Under the pieces are notes generated by a model. That model was not told the DNA's origin. It did no database searches and saw nothing but the letters and a program-made list of their open reading frames with translations. Shown piece after piece: positions 1-9,669 of a stretch of 64,000 bases of DNA. The stretch's first letter is position 1; each line of letters starts with the position of its first letter. The stretch is from positions 288,001 to 352,000 of the forward strand of contig CBDFLE010000006.1 in assembly GCA_965248925.1 (NCBI GenBank), written 5' to 3'. The position numbers and the translations under genes were made by a program. This DNA is from Candidatus Multivoradales bacterium. Lineage in GTDB: Bacteria > Acidobacteriota > Thermoanaerobaculia > Multivoradales > J023.

Positions 1-392
1 TCGACATCGGCCAGCTCCGGCGCGCCCAGGCGTTGCACCTCCGCGACCGCAAAGTTGCCCCACAAGGTGCGTTCCGAAGCGGCCGGCCTGGGCTGTCGGC
101 TCACCACTTCGAGTCTCTCCAGGGCAGCCGGCAGCGCATCGATCGCCTCGCCCACCACGGTCAGCCCGAAGACGTAGTCATCACCAGCGGCAAACCGCAC
201 CCGCCCCGACTCGACCGCCGCCGGCATCACCTCCGGCAAGGCGTGGCCGAAGATCTGGCAGAGCAGGCCATGAAGCACCGGCTCGTGGCGCAGGTGGAAG
301 CGGGTGCTGGCGCTCAGCCGCAGGCGGATGACCAGCCGCTCGATCGGCGGCAAGCTCAGCATCGAGCCGTCGGGCAGGCGATGGCGGGTCAT
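1..392 (-). CDS. 5' part of a second Cas6-RT-Cas1 fusion gene (continues beyond the left edge)
   Basis: 1-415 is nearly identical to 21607-22021 (offset 21606). ATG at 392 follows GGAGG and reads MTRHRLPDGSMLSLPPIERL. Only the Cas6 N-terminal region is visible. Confidence 0.85.
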   Translation of the reverse strand, partial: MTRHRLPDGSMLSLPPIERLVIRLRLSASTRFHLRHEPVLHGLLCQIFGHALPEVMPAAVESGRVRFAAGDDYVFGLTVVGEAIDALPAALERLEVVSRQPRPAASERTLWGNFAVAEVQRLGAPELADV

Positions 393-440
393 GAATCCTC
401 CTGGGTGCGCGGCCGACCGCCTCAGCTCTCGGCGATGGGT

Positions 441-1010
441 TCACGAATTCCGGTCCCGGCGCAAACTTGCCAGCTGCGCGCCTAGCTGGTTGAAACCAGC
501 GGCGCCGGAGGGCGAATCTGCTGCACCTCGTCCTGGAGAGGCACCGGGGTTCGAAGGTGAACCTGGAGAGCCGCCCTGGCCGCCTTTCGGCGGGCGGGGA
601 CGCCTCCTCTCGGCCTGCTCGGCCACCAACAGGCGGGCGGTCCAGCCCAAGATCCAGCGCCAGGTAGTGAGAGGGCGGTCAGGGTGCTCGTCCAGAGCTG
701 CTGCCAACAAGGCTGCCAGGGTCGTGAGGTGTGCCATGACCTCGTGCTGATTCTGTGCCGTGGCTCGATCCAAAGCAGGAGCTGCCTTGAGAAAGAGGCG
801 AAAGGAGGCGAGGTCAGGAGCTTGCCGCAGGTAGCCGAGGAAGGTCTCCAGGGTGCCGCGCTTGAAACCGGTCTGGCCCGGGCTGTGGGACGCTGGGTCA
901 AGGCGCGGTATCGGCGTGGTGATCAGCTCAGCCGCCAGCTCAGCCGCTTCGCGAATCAGGGATTCTTTCTCCCTCGGGGTCAGCACGTCCAAACAATCGT
1001 GATCACTCAT
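441..1010 (-). CDS. Hypothetical CRISPR-associated protein, possibly a second Cas11-like small subunit
   Basis: ATG at 1010 overlaps the upstream RAMP stop (TGATG). Helical-looking core (MSDHDCLDVLTPREKE...ILGWTARLL) with a G/P/S-rich tail. Function inferred from position only. Confidence 0.55.
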   Translation of the reverse strand: MSDHDCLDVLTPREKESLIREAAELAAELITTPIPRLDPASHSPGQTGFKRGTLETFLGYLRQAPDLASFRLFLKAAPALDRATAQNQHEVMAHLTTLAALLAAALDEHPDRPLTTWRWILGWTARLLVAEQAERRRPRPPKGGQGGSPGSPSNPGASPGRGAADSPSGAAGFNQLGAQLASLRRDRNS

Positions 1011-1900
1011 CAGCCGCCCCCTGAAGTCCGTGGCAAGGACAACTCCGCCGCCAGGGTGGCGAGGGTGGCCGCCTGGCTCTGCTCCAGCCCACAACGGTGG
1101 ATGCAGTCCTCGACCAGCTGATTCACTTCCGCTGCGTCACCAGAAACCCAACAAGTCCCCTTGAGCCCGGTGTGCAGACGAAAGCCAACAGCGGTAATCC
1201 GGACTCTGCCCAAACCGTCGTATTTCGCTCCCCCCGGGCGCGGTGCGAAGCGGCCGATCCCGAGGCTGAGAAAGAGGGCACCGAGATCCTGACGAGACAC
1301 GTTGCGCAATCGCAGATCGGTATTCAGCACGGCGCCAGGCGGGATGGCAAAGGCCGGGATAACGCGAGGGGGCTGAGAATGGGCCGGCAGGTCGCCGTAG
1401 AGCCGATAGTAACCCCGAGTGGAGTTGCGGGGCGGGTAAGCTACCGAAATCGAAATCCGCTGGGCCACCAGGTCTCCGGCAGGAAACGCGTCGTCGAAGC
1501 TCACCCGGCCCATCAGACCGAGCCCACCAAAGAGACCGGCGGCCGGGGAGCACAAGCCGTACTTGGGAATATGTCCTTCCGCTGTCGCTTGCCGGCTGCC
1601 GGTCAGGGCTTCGAACATAGCGCGACAGGCGCCCTTGAGTCCCGAGCCGGGGAGGATCGGCACCCCACCCAGGCGCGCAATCTCCTTGACCGCCCGGCCA
1701 TCCTCCCCCAGGCTGAAGCCGCCCGAACCCACATGGACGGGGCCGAGGGCTTCGATCTCCAGGGTGACGGTACCCGAGCGTCGAGGAGCGTCCGCATCGC
1801 CCTGGGGCAGCCGGTCATGAAAGATCGGCTCCACCCTCGGGCCCGGTGGGGAACGGGGAATGGTGAAGTGATTGCGCGGCGGGCTGGGGGGTGTGAGCAT
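1010..1900 (-). CDS. Type III RAMP, Cas7 group
   Basis: TLEIEALGPVHVGSG, PILPGSGLKGACRAMFE, GLFG..GRVSFDDA, and G-rich loop GGAKYDGLGRV. Confidence 0.88.
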   Translation of the reverse strand: MLTPPSPPRNHFTIPRSPPGPRVEPIFHDRLPQGDADAPRRSGTVTLEIEALGPVHVGSGGFSLGEDGRAVKEIARLGGVPILPGSGLKGACRAMFEALTGSRQATAEGHIPKYGLCSPAAGLFGGLGLMGRVSFDDAFPAGDLVAQRISISVAYPPRNSTRGYYRLYGDLPAHSQPPRVIPAFAIPPGAVLNTDLRLRNVSRQDLGALFLSLGIGRFAPRPGGAKYDGLGRVRITAVGFRLHTGLKGTCWVSGDAAEVNQLVEDCIHRCGLEQSQAATLATLAAELSLPRTSGGG

Positions 1901-1916
1901 AGCCTCTCCTCATCAC

Positions 1917-2936
1917 TCAGGCATTGGTAGATCTGGCAAGAAAATGGTCAATAGCAGCGGGCAGTGCCTCCTCGATCAAGAGATCACCGACCCTAGCCAG
2001 CGAACTACCGCTGAGTTCTAGGCGACTGCCGCGCCAGGTCGGCTGCCGGGAGACATTCGCGGAAAGCTCCAGGGGGTCTTCGGCAACCAGACCGTACTCC
2101 CTGACCTCTCCACCACTGGCTAAGTTGGCAACGCCATGAAGCCATGGCGCGAGCCCCTCACCATCGCTGCCGGCAGCGGTCGCAGGTTGTACACTTTCAA
2201 AGCGCAGAGAACCGAGGCTTGCCCGCATCCTCCCGAGGCCGCGGGCCTTACCGAAACCGAGGCCGAAGTCCCCTTCGTCGAGAGCCCGCACCAGCACGAA
2301 GATCAAGGCCAGCTGCCAGAGCTGGATGTTGCGAAAAGGAATCTCGGCAAAGAAGCGCCCACCGGTGATCACCTCGATCTCGAACAGCCCACCGCTCTGC
2401 ACCGCCTGGCCGGTCTCACGATCGATGGCAACCTGGGTGCGACGCTCCGTCCGGTTGGCCACCACCGCGCCACGACGCATGGCCTCGGCATCGGCCAGCG
2501 GCTGCCAGGGGAATGCGTCCAGCACCGACATCCGGCCACTGACGGTCAACGAGCCAAAGGTGCGACACACCGGGCATTGGCGCTTGAAGATCGCCGAGGT
2601 GGGAGTCGTGTCGGGTCGTCCGGCACGTTTGCAACTGGGCCCCGCCGGCTGCCGGGCGCCACCGTGCGAGTTCCCCTTCTTCTGGTCCTTGGCGACCGGA
2701 TCGCAGACCGCCACACCCAGGCCGTAGAGTAGGCGCTCGGCATGGCTGCGCAGGGCGCCCTTGATGCCGGTTCCGGGAAAGAAAACGGTGTCACCCACCT
2801 CAGGATGGTAGGAGCGCACGAAGGCCATATCCGGTTGCGACGGGTCGACCGTCTCCCGACCGCTCTTGATCAGGGCGGCGCCCTGGGGGCTGAGCTCGAG
2901 CCGCAGGGTTCCATGGTTGAGCAAGCGTTTGAACAT
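1917..2936 (-). CDS. cas7: Type III RAMP Cas7 (Csm3-like)
   Basis: FFPGTGIKGALRSHAE, CPVCRTFGS, RTQVAIDRETG, and G-loop LGFGKARGLGRM. Confidence 0.88.
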   Translation of the reverse strand: MFKRLLNHGTLRLELSPQGAALIKSGRETVDPSQPDMAFVRSYHPEVGDTVFFPGTGIKGALRSHAERLLYGLGVAVCDPVAKDQKKGNSHGGARQPAGPSCKRAGRPDTTPTSAIFKRQCPVCRTFGSLTVSGRMSVLDAFPWQPLADAEAMRRGAVVANRTERRTQVAIDRETGQAVQSGGLFEIEVITGGRFFAEIPFRNIQLWQLALIFVLVRALDEGDFGLGFGKARGLGRMRASLGSLRFESVQPATAAGSDGEGLAPWLHGVANLASGGEVREYGLVAEDPLELSANVSRQPTWRGSRLELSGSSLARVGDLLIEEALPAAIDHFLARSTNA

Positions 2937-3769
2937 CAGGAAATCTCCGGCGACGGGGGTTGGGGGGAGGACTCGGCTGCGAGGGCGTCGACCAGGGTCT
3001 GGGTGGCGATTTCCTGCGCCTCGGCCCAGTCGGTCTCGGTGAAGCCGCCTCTGGCCAGCAGAGCTTGTGCCGAGGTTTCTCCGAGCGTCGCCTGCTCGAG
3101 GTGTACCCGGCCCAGGCCGCGAGAGGTCATGCCACCGATCAGAATGACCCCCTCATCGAGCATCTCGAGGGTCTTTAGCACCAGCGCCACCTGGGTGCTA
3201 TTGCAATTCTCCAGCAGGATCTCGAGAGCGAAGGCGGCGCCCGGCGGCACCACCTCGGTGTCGTACTTGACCCGCGGCTGGGCGACCCCGAGATCGCGAT
3301 TGATACCGACACCGTCGCGCACCTCGGTGCGGAGCAGGGTGGCGGGCACCAGGGGCAGGTCGCGCACAAAGACCCGCCCGCCGATCATCGTCGAGCCAAA
3401 GAGACCGCAGGTGATGCAGACTGTGCGGCAGACCTCGTCGAGGCTGACGCTGTCGCGCTGCTGCTTCGCCCTGGTCTCCAGAGCCGAGGTGCAGCGGCCC
3501 TGCTCATCCAGCACATCGCAGGCGCGAAAGTTCCCTTGACCTAGCCCACGAATCACCCGCTCGAGACCGCTGCGCAGAGCCCCTTTGATCGCGCTGCCAG
3601 GGAGATAGGGACGGCCGAGGGCGTCGCGCATGATGGGCTGATCTGTAGCTTCCGGATCCTGGGCCTTGCCGGCCCCAACTCGGATGCCGGAGACCGCTAC
3701 CAGCCGGGCTCGAATGCGGTGCCGGCTGGTCAAGGCTGCAAAAGAGGTGAACTCGAGAAAGGGGCTCAT
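2936..3769 (-). CDS. csx7: Type III RAMP Cas7 (Csx7/Csm3-like)
   Basis: Start reassigned to ATG 3769 (ATGA overlap). IRVGAG..ATDQPIMRD carries Asp at the Csm3 catalytic position; also PYLPGSAIKGALRS, CITCGLFGS and IGGMTSRGLGRV. Confidence 0.88.
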   Translation of the reverse strand: MSPFLEFTSFAALTSRHRIRARLVAVSGIRVGAGKAQDPEATDQPIMRDALGRPYLPGSAIKGALRSGLERVIRGLGQGNFRACDVLDEQGRCTSALETRAKQQRDSVSLDEVCRTVCITCGLFGSTMIGGRVFVRDLPLVPATLLRTEVRDGVGINRDLGVAQPRVKYDTEVVPPGAAFALEILLENCNSTQVALVLKTLEMLDEGVILIGGMTSRGLGRVHLEQATLGETSAQALLARGGFTETDWAEAQEIATQTLVDALAAESSPQPPSPEIS

Positions 3770-4350
3770 CGCCGACCTCCGCGGGGCCTCTGCCGGTGTT
3801 GGTTCCTGGGCCGGGTCGCCTTGATGCGCGCTGCGCTCCACTGCTCTTCTTTGAACCGTGCCACCTGATAGGTCTGCTCGCGGATGACGAATCCGATCAG
3901 CAGGGAGGCCAGCCGGCGGCCAGCCGCTTCCTGATCTTCGGCTTCGTCTTCGTCTTCGGTGGGGGCGCCGCCGAGCCGTTGCCGAACCTGCTTGTCGAGC
4001 AAACCGAGCAGTTCGTGGCCTGGGCCGGCATCGTGCCCCCAACCCCGGCTCCCGCGGCCGATCTGGTAGCGCAAGTAACTCTCGACCACGGCCAGCGGCT
4101 CATTTTGGGTGGTCGCCAGCAGGCTGCGAAGCTGCGAAGTAGTGACCCTTGGATCGGGGAATCGAGGGCGCCGCTGCGGATCCTCGCCCATGTTCATCCA
4201 TCTGGCAACTGCGTTAGCAAAGCGCTCCAAGAGCTTGCTGGAGGTTTGATCGGAAGGTTGATAGCTCTCTGACTTTTCAACGTAGGCTTGCGCGGCGACA
4301 ACCAGCGCGCTCTTCTGGGTTTCGATCCAGGCGAGGGATTCGGGGCTCAT
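3766..4350 (-). CDS. cas11: Cas11 small subunit (Csm2-like)
   Basis: TTSQLRSLL...YLRYQIGR motif; helical 194-aa protein translationally coupled between csx10 and cas7. Confidence 0.72.
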   Translation of the reverse strand: MSPESLAWIETQKSALVVAAQAYVEKSESYQPSDQTSSKLLERFANAVARWMNMGEDPQRRPRFPDPRVTTSQLRSLLATTQNEPLAVVESYLRYQIGRGSRGWGHDAGPGHELLGLLDKQVRQRLGGAPTEDEDEAEDQEAAGRRLASLLIGFVIREQTYQVARFKEEQWSAARIKATRPRNQHRQRPRGGRR

Positions 4351-6236
4351 TGTTCGGTCCTCCGGTCGGCCTTCCAGCCGGGTAGATGTAGATCGTCGGA
4401 AATGCGGACCCGGCCATAGCCCTGGGCGCGCTGACCGCCGAGCCCTCCGGACTCGATGGCCTCACACCGCGCGCGGTGTGAGGCGTCATCCGGCACCGCC
4501 AGAAGCAGGCAGGAGCCCACGCACACCACCGGTTCGAGATCCTTGAAACGGCCCGCCAAGGTGTCGAAGCCACCTCGCTGGTCAGCGCGGAGCGTCGCTG
4601 CCAGCAGCTCGGCGGCGGGCAGCTCGAGGGCCTGCAGGAAGGCCTGCAACACCGTCGTAGCTTGTGAGCCGGGGGCCAGGACCAGATCGTTCTCGAGGGT
4701 GACGGTGATCAGCAGTCGGCCGGGCCACGGCTCCTCCGCGGGTAGCTGACAAGTACTGCAGACCCGCCTCCAGGCTTGCCGCACGGCGGCATCCAGGGCC
4801 GCGAGGCGTGCATCGATCGAATCCTCGATCGCCGGCCGAACTCCGACCAGCTCAACTCGGCCGTAGCCTTGGCCACGACCGTGCCCGACCCGGATCACCC
4901 CCCGCTGAGCATCTTCGAGAAGCTGGCGTCCAGCAGCGTCCAGCCGGTCGACGCGGGCGCAGAAGCGGCTGCCGGGAGCAAGCAGGTCGAGGGAGAAGAG
5001 CTTGCCATCAACCCCCCGGCCACTGGCCACATCGAGGGCCAGGCGGGTGACCACCCGGCGCTCGGGCTCCACCGCATCCAGCCAACGGTCGACCGGCACC
5101 AGACGCGCGCCACAAGGCTGTCCCGCGGCCGGCGTGTGCCGACAGGTCTCGTCGAAGGCGCGATGGATACCGCGGTCGGCGAGCTGATTCTTGATCCAGC
5201 CCAGGATCAAGCGATCCATGCCACCGTGGGCCCAGCCTTCAAACTTGCAAACGCCAAGGGAGAGAGGTGCTGGCCGCGGCCGGCGGCGGTCTTCGCTATC
5301 GACGGCCACTCCATCGGCAAAGCGCAGGCAGGTCGATTCGTCGAGCAGCAGGCGGCGGAAGACCGGGTCTGCAGACTGATCCTCGGTAGTTCCGCGAGCC
5401 GTCATGGCGGCGGTCACCAGCGCGCCGCGCAGCGTCGAGGCGCGCACGAAGCCGAGACTGCGGTGGTAGTTGTTGGTGAGAAAGAGAGTATCGCCGAGAC
5501 AGAGGGGCTCTCTGGCCTCGAGGGTCAGCTCGAGTGAAGTGGCGTCGGGCAAAGGCAGGCTTGCCGGCATCTCGCCCCGGAACCTGGCGGCCGATACCGA
5601 CTCGAGGCGTATGCTCACCTGGCCGAGGCCCGCGGAACGACCGCCACCGATGGCGAAGACCGCTTCGGCCGCGGCCGCGAGACACTTGAGATCGTCGGCA
5701 CCATGCTCGGTATCGGCGAGCAGGTGGGTGACGTCGACCTCAGCGGTGAATGCCAGGCCATCGAGGAAGGGAGCGACCACCTGGCGGGCGAAGAGGTGGT
5801 GGTCCGCTGCTCGCCGGGAGCCGCGGCTCAGCGAGACCTGGTGGCGGGTTTCCAAGCCGCCACCGCGAGAGAACAAGTCGCGCAGGGCGGTGTCCTGCAA
5901 CAGCCCGTCGCTGATGTACACCCGGGTGGTGCCACCGCCAATGCGCTCGACCGAGGGCCCGCCACCCACCGCGGATGAACCCGCTGAGCTTGCCGTGCCG
6001 GCCGGCCCGGGCTCCTGGCCGAGGATCCGGCCGAGGGTCGCCCGCGCGGTCTCGGGCCTGACCGCCAGAAGCAGGCGGGTCAGCTGTTCGCGCAAAGCCC
6101 CATTGAGCGCCGTCGCCGGGATGAAGGGCACCCCCGCAGCGTCACGGGCGGTGGCGTCGTGAACCTCGGGCTGGGTAGTACCGCCGAGCAGCAACCCGCC
6201 GCGAGGCTCGACGATCAGACGATGGGTAATGCTCAT
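4347..6236 (-). CDS. csx10: Csx10 (Cas7-Cas5 RAMP fusion), type III-D-like
   Basis: Start reassigned to ATG 6236 (ATGA overlap with the cas10 stop). Three G-loops (IGGGRSAGLGQV, VGHGRGQGYGRV, LGGQRAQGYGRV), plus PFIPATALNGALRE and FVRASTLRGAL. Confidence 0.85.
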   Translation of the reverse strand: MSITHRLIVEPRGGLLLGGTTQPEVHDATARDAAGVPFIPATALNGALREQLTRLLLAVRPETARATLGRILGQEPGPAGTASSAGSSAVGGGPSVERIGGGTTRVYISDGLLQDTALRDLFSRGGGLETRHQVSLSRGSRRAADHHLFARQVVAPFLDGLAFTAEVDVTHLLADTEHGADDLKCLAAAAEAVFAIGGGRSAGLGQVSIRLESVSAARFRGEMPASLPLPDATSLELTLEAREPLCLGDTLFLTNNYHRSLGFVRASTLRGALVTAAMTARGTTEDQSADPVFRRLLLDESTCLRFADGVAVDSEDRRRPRPAPLSLGVCKFEGWAHGGMDRLILGWIKNQLADRGIHRAFDETCRHTPAAGQPCGARLVPVDRWLDAVEPERRVVTRLALDVASGRGVDGKLFSLDLLAPGSRFCARVDRLDAAGRQLLEDAQRGVIRVGHGRGQGYGRVELVGVRPAIEDSIDARLAALDAAVRQAWRRVCSTCQLPAEEPWPGRLLITVTLENDLVLAPGSQATTVLQAFLQALELPAAELLAATLRADQRGGFDTLAGRFKDLEPVVCVGSCLLLAVPDDASHRARCEAIESGGLGGQRAQGYGRVRISDDLHLPGWKADRRTEQ

Positions 6237-8101
6237 CTGCGATTCTCCGTTGCGCCGCCCATGAGGGAGCACAGCTCGATGGCATCGAGAAAATCCGTGC
6301 ACTTTCGGCCACCGCGCTCCTGCCACAGAAGCTCGTCGACGGTGGCCAGCTTCGGTTGACCCACCGCGCAGCGGAAAGCGGCCCATCCGAGCCGCTGGGA
6401 CTTGTCCTTGGCGCGGGCGTTTTGGTAGCGAAAGAAGCTCTGGCTCTCCCAATACCCGGTCTGGATGGCCCTGGCGACGGCGTGGATTTGGCTGCTGCCA
6501 ACATGCATGTGGAGGGCTTCGGCCCGCTGTGCCAACTCTTGGAACTCGGCAAAGCTGTAGGGCCGGAGAGTCAGCAACAGAGCGGGTTCGGGACTTGGAG
6601 GCTGAGCCGCGGAGCGCTCGAAGTGGGCGGCTCGCAAGGTCCGAATCGAGCCGTTGAGCGGGTTACCCGAGCGCAGCACCATGAAATCGACCGCACTGCG
6701 GATCGGCTGGCTCTCGACCTCGCGGCCCTCGCCATCGCCACGGCTCAAACCGCTGGCGTCGGTACTCTGGTGGATGCGCGCCTTGGCGTTCTTGAGCAGC
6801 TCGCGGGCATAGCCGAGGAGGATGCGGTCAGGAAACTTGTCATCGGCAATGGCCACCCCCACGCCGACACCGAACCGCTCCACCGCCTGGCGCAGGCCGG
6901 AGCTGCAAGACAAGACACTCCGCAAGAGCTGATTGTGGTCGGGGGAGAGGTGCTTCTCAAGCGCCGGGACCAGGGCGCAGATGAACCGGCTGGCATGGCG
7001 GGCGGAGAGCAGGACGACCAGGTCGTCGCCGCCGCGAATCGGCGCTTGGTAACGCCCTTCCTCGATGCCGCAGACCCGTACAGCCGCGGCCAGCGCCCGC
7101 TCGAAGGCGGACTCCACCGCCAGACTCAGGGCTCGATGCTGGGCGGGTGAGCCGACCCGGGAGAAGGACTGGCCAAAGTTGGCCCCATCGGCATAGACCA
7201 GGGCCAACATGGGATCGGTCTCCTGCTCGGCGAAGAGATCGTGCGAAGTTCGCGCCTGCTCGACCTCGCGGCGCAGCCGGCCGGCGGCCTGGCCGCGGGA
7301 TAGGCAGGGGGCGCAAACCTCCTCCCGCTGCTCGCCCCGTCGCCGGGGCGTGGTCGCGGGCCGCTCACCACAGGCCTGGCAGCGCTCACGCTGACGAGTG
7401 GCGGGGATCCTCGGCGGCAAGCGCAGGATGTCGGCACGGCGCCGGTCGAGCCTGGCGAAGAGTGCCGCCAGCACCGCCGGATAACCGCGGGACGGGCTCG
7501 GCACATCCCACTCCCCCACCCCCTCACCCACCGGGTCGCCGCCGACCTCGCCGGTTCCTTCTTCCTCCTCGAGGTCGCTGGGCCAGACCTCGAGTGCGGT
7601 GGCGGCGGTGACCAGGTCTCCATGGGTGGCCCGCTCAAGGGCCGCCTCAAGAGGCGCGATGACCGCTCGAGCACGGTGAGCCGGGGTCAACACCAGGCCG
7701 CCACCTGCGCCGCCGTAGACCTCTGCCAGCGGGGAGATCCCCTGGTCGCGCAGGATCGAGCTTGAGGAAGCTACCCCGCGAGTGCGTTTCTCATCGCTTG
7801 AGCCGTCTTCTCCGCGGGTCAGGTCGGCAACAACATTGCTACCCCCTTGTCGGTCACCGGGACGGGCGACTTTGAAGACATAGTGCTGGATGCCCGGGGT
7901 GTCGAAAGCGACCAGAGCCAACGGCGGCTGCTCGCCAAACAGCTGGCGAAGACGGCCGTGATCTCGGTCCTCGAGTGCCTTCAACACCTCGCTGACATCC
8001 GTGGCCCGGGCCGCCGCCTCCTGCTCGAGACAGAGGCGCATGCCGCCTGCGAGGTCAGCTTCGATCCGTTCGAATGAGTCTTGGGTCACGTTACTCTCCA
8101 C
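6233..8101 (-). CDS. cas10: Cas10 without HD domain, with intact palm cyclase motif
   Basis: FDTPGIQHYVF, Zn finger CQACG...CAPC, LVYADGANFG and IRGGDDLVV. Only 622 aa, with no N-terminal HD motif. Confidence 0.93.
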   Translation of the reverse strand: MESNVTQDSFERIEADLAGGMRLCLEQEAAARATDVSEVLKALEDRDHGRLRQLFGEQPPLALVAFDTPGIQHYVFKVARPGDRQGGSNVVADLTRGEDGSSDEKRTRGVASSSSILRDQGISPLAEVYGGAGGGLVLTPAHRARAVIAPLEAALERATHGDLVTAATALEVWPSDLEEEEGTGEVGGDPVGEGVGEWDVPSPSRGYPAVLAALFARLDRRRADILRLPPRIPATRQRERCQACGERPATTPRRRGEQREEVCAPCLSRGQAAGRLRREVEQARTSHDLFAEQETDPMLALVYADGANFGQSFSRVGSPAQHRALSLAVESAFERALAAAVRVCGIEEGRYQAPIRGGDDLVVLLSARHASRFICALVPALEKHLSPDHNQLLRSVLSCSSGLRQAVERFGVGVGVAIADDKFPDRILLGYARELLKNAKARIHQSTDASGLSRGDGEGREVESQPIRSAVDFMVLRSGNPLNGSIRTLRAAHFERSAAQPPSPEPALLLTLRPYSFAEFQELAQRAEALHMHVGSSQIHAVARAIQTGYWESQSFFRYQNARAKDKSQRLGWAAFRCAVGQPKLATVDELLWQERGGRKCTDFLDAIELCSLMGGATENRR

Positions 8102-8137
8102 AATCTGGCAGGCCGGCCGCCGTCGCGTTGGCAGTGC

Positions 8138-8560
8138 CTACGCCGGCCGAGTCTTGTTGGTCAAGTGCGGCGATTCGGGGCCCATCCATTCGCCTGTAGC
8201 AACCCAGATCTCGAAGTAGTAGAGCCACATTGCGGTCCAAGGGACGATCGATTCTGAGAGCTTCTTCGAGGGGGACCACCGCCAGTCCTTTGGCCAGTAC
8301 AAGCAAAGACTGCGGTCGCCGTAGATGTGTGGCGTAGCCGGCGGAAAGGAGAATCTTGGTAGAGTCACCTTGGGCGATTTCCCGCGGTTGTGCTCAATCC
8401 TCACCTGATACGAAGGGGACAGCTCAGTAGGTTGAAGATGTCCCGACCACGAAAGACCGCTCTTACGATTTGGGCGTCCTTCAAACTGCGGAAAGTGTTG
8501 CCACATGGAGGCGATCTGGTGCGAAGGGTTGTCATCTGAGGTTCTCCGGACGCGGCTCAA
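8138..8560 (-). CDS. Prokaryotic E2 (ubiquitin-conjugating-like), short Cap2-type CBASS accessory protein
   Basis: WSGHLQP..YQVRI...PHIYGDRSLCLYWP..W...SIVPWTAMWLYYFEIW matches the bacterial E2 fold with a His..Cys active site; 4-nt overlap with the CD-NTase stop. Confidence 0.82.
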   Translation of the reverse strand: MSRVRRTSDDNPSHQIASMWQHFPQFEGRPNRKSGLSWSGHLQPTELSPSYQVRIEHNRGKSPKVTLPRFSFPPATPHIYGDRSLCLYWPKDWRWSPSKKLSESIVPWTAMWLYYFEIWVATGEWMGPESPHLTNKTRPA

Positions 8561-9597
8561 GGTCTGTCTCCATGAAAGCGCGTTGCAGTTGTCGAGATGC
8601 CATCCGGCCGGTCGGTAACTAAACCGGCTGGCGAAACATACGCCGCGCCGAGACTCCTCCCACTTGCCTCAAGGCTGGCGTGGCTCTTGACCTCTTCGTC
8701 CGTAGGCCAATGATCACCAAAAAGCGCTGACCAGCTGTCGATAGCCTCGTCCCGCTCACCGTCTACAGCCTTCCTGGCCTTCTTCGCCGCCTCTCGAATT
8801 CTGCGCATGAATGTCTCGAAGTGGCTTCTTTCCCAGCCAGTAGTGACAATGGCTCCCGTTTGAGGGTCAGGGATACGAGGAACGCCGATACCACTATCCA
8901 TGGGCTCTTCGTACTTCTCAGCGATATGTTCGAAGAAGCACATGAGAACCGTGTCGAGACCGTGACCTTCTGTCTCAATCGCTGCTGAGTCGATGGACTT
9001 GAAAGCCATGATCTCGAGAACATAACTCTTGATCCTACGATGCTTCATCTGGACATCACGCCACGACTTCAGCAGCTTGATGAGGCGAATCAAGTTGCCC
9101 TGGCTCTTTGCGTTGAGCGTCGAAAGACTCCTGGCGTATCCCAACGGATCAGAAACCAACCATTCTTCCTTTTTCCGATCCGGAATCTTTAGAGCTTTTT
9201 CAAGTCCGTTGGGAGCTACCGCCGGCACAATGTCCAGATGCACTTCCGGGTCTTCGAAGCAAAGGTGAATAGAGCGCCTTTGCGGTGATGCCTCGGCGGT
9301 CGCATCGGGATAGTCATCGAGAGCCTTCTTCAGCTCTCGCAGCACCGATTCTGGCGTTCGTTCGAGCGTCGCATCGTCATAGAACAGGAGTGTGTCAATA
9401 TCTTTGATGTCGAGGATCGCGGTTGACCGACTGTACGAACCGATGAGACGGGAATATGGGGCTACGGTCGTGAGATCGTCTCTCTCTTCGAGCCAGTCCC
9501 GAACTTGCGCGGGAAGCTCTCTTGCGTGTCTTGCTCGTTCGACAGATGGATTAACATTGTGCAGAAGTGCTGCGAAGTGTCTTGGGAGATTTGGCAT
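8557..9597 (-). CDS. cGAS/DncV-like nucleotidyltransferase (CD-NTase, SMODS)
   Basis: LIGSYSRSTAI..IKDIDTL (GS..DxD), HLDIVPAV, WLVSDP, LIKLLKSWR, KSYVLE, IPDP and WSALFGDHWP; tail ends RFHGDRP. Confidence 0.92.
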   Translation of the reverse strand: MPNLPRHFAALLHNVNPSVERARHARELPAQVRDWLEERDDLTTVAPYSRLIGSYSRSTAILDIKDIDTLLFYDDATLERTPESVLRELKKALDDYPDATAEASPQRRSIHLCFEDPEVHLDIVPAVAPNGLEKALKIPDRKKEEWLVSDPLGYARSLSTLNAKSQGNLIRLIKLLKSWRDVQMKHRRIKSYVLEIMAFKSIDSAAIETEGHGLDTVLMCFFEHIAEKYEEPMDSGIGVPRIPDPQTGAIVTTGWERSHFETFMRRIREAAKKARKAVDGERDEAIDSWSALFGDHWPTDEEVKSHASLEASGRSLGAAYVSPAGLVTDRPDGISTTATRFHGDRP

Positions 9598-9669
9598 GAT
9601 GACTAGGTTGGTCCCCTTGATGTTGGTCGTTAGGCCGAGGAGTGTTGAGGGTTCAACAGTTCTGGTGAA

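Noticed and set aside
2936-6452. Long N-terminal extensions in the ORF track (starts at 4042 and 6452; also 1094, 15688, 22067)
   Set aside because: Most overlap upstream genes; internal ATGs with stop-start coupling or an RBS fit better.
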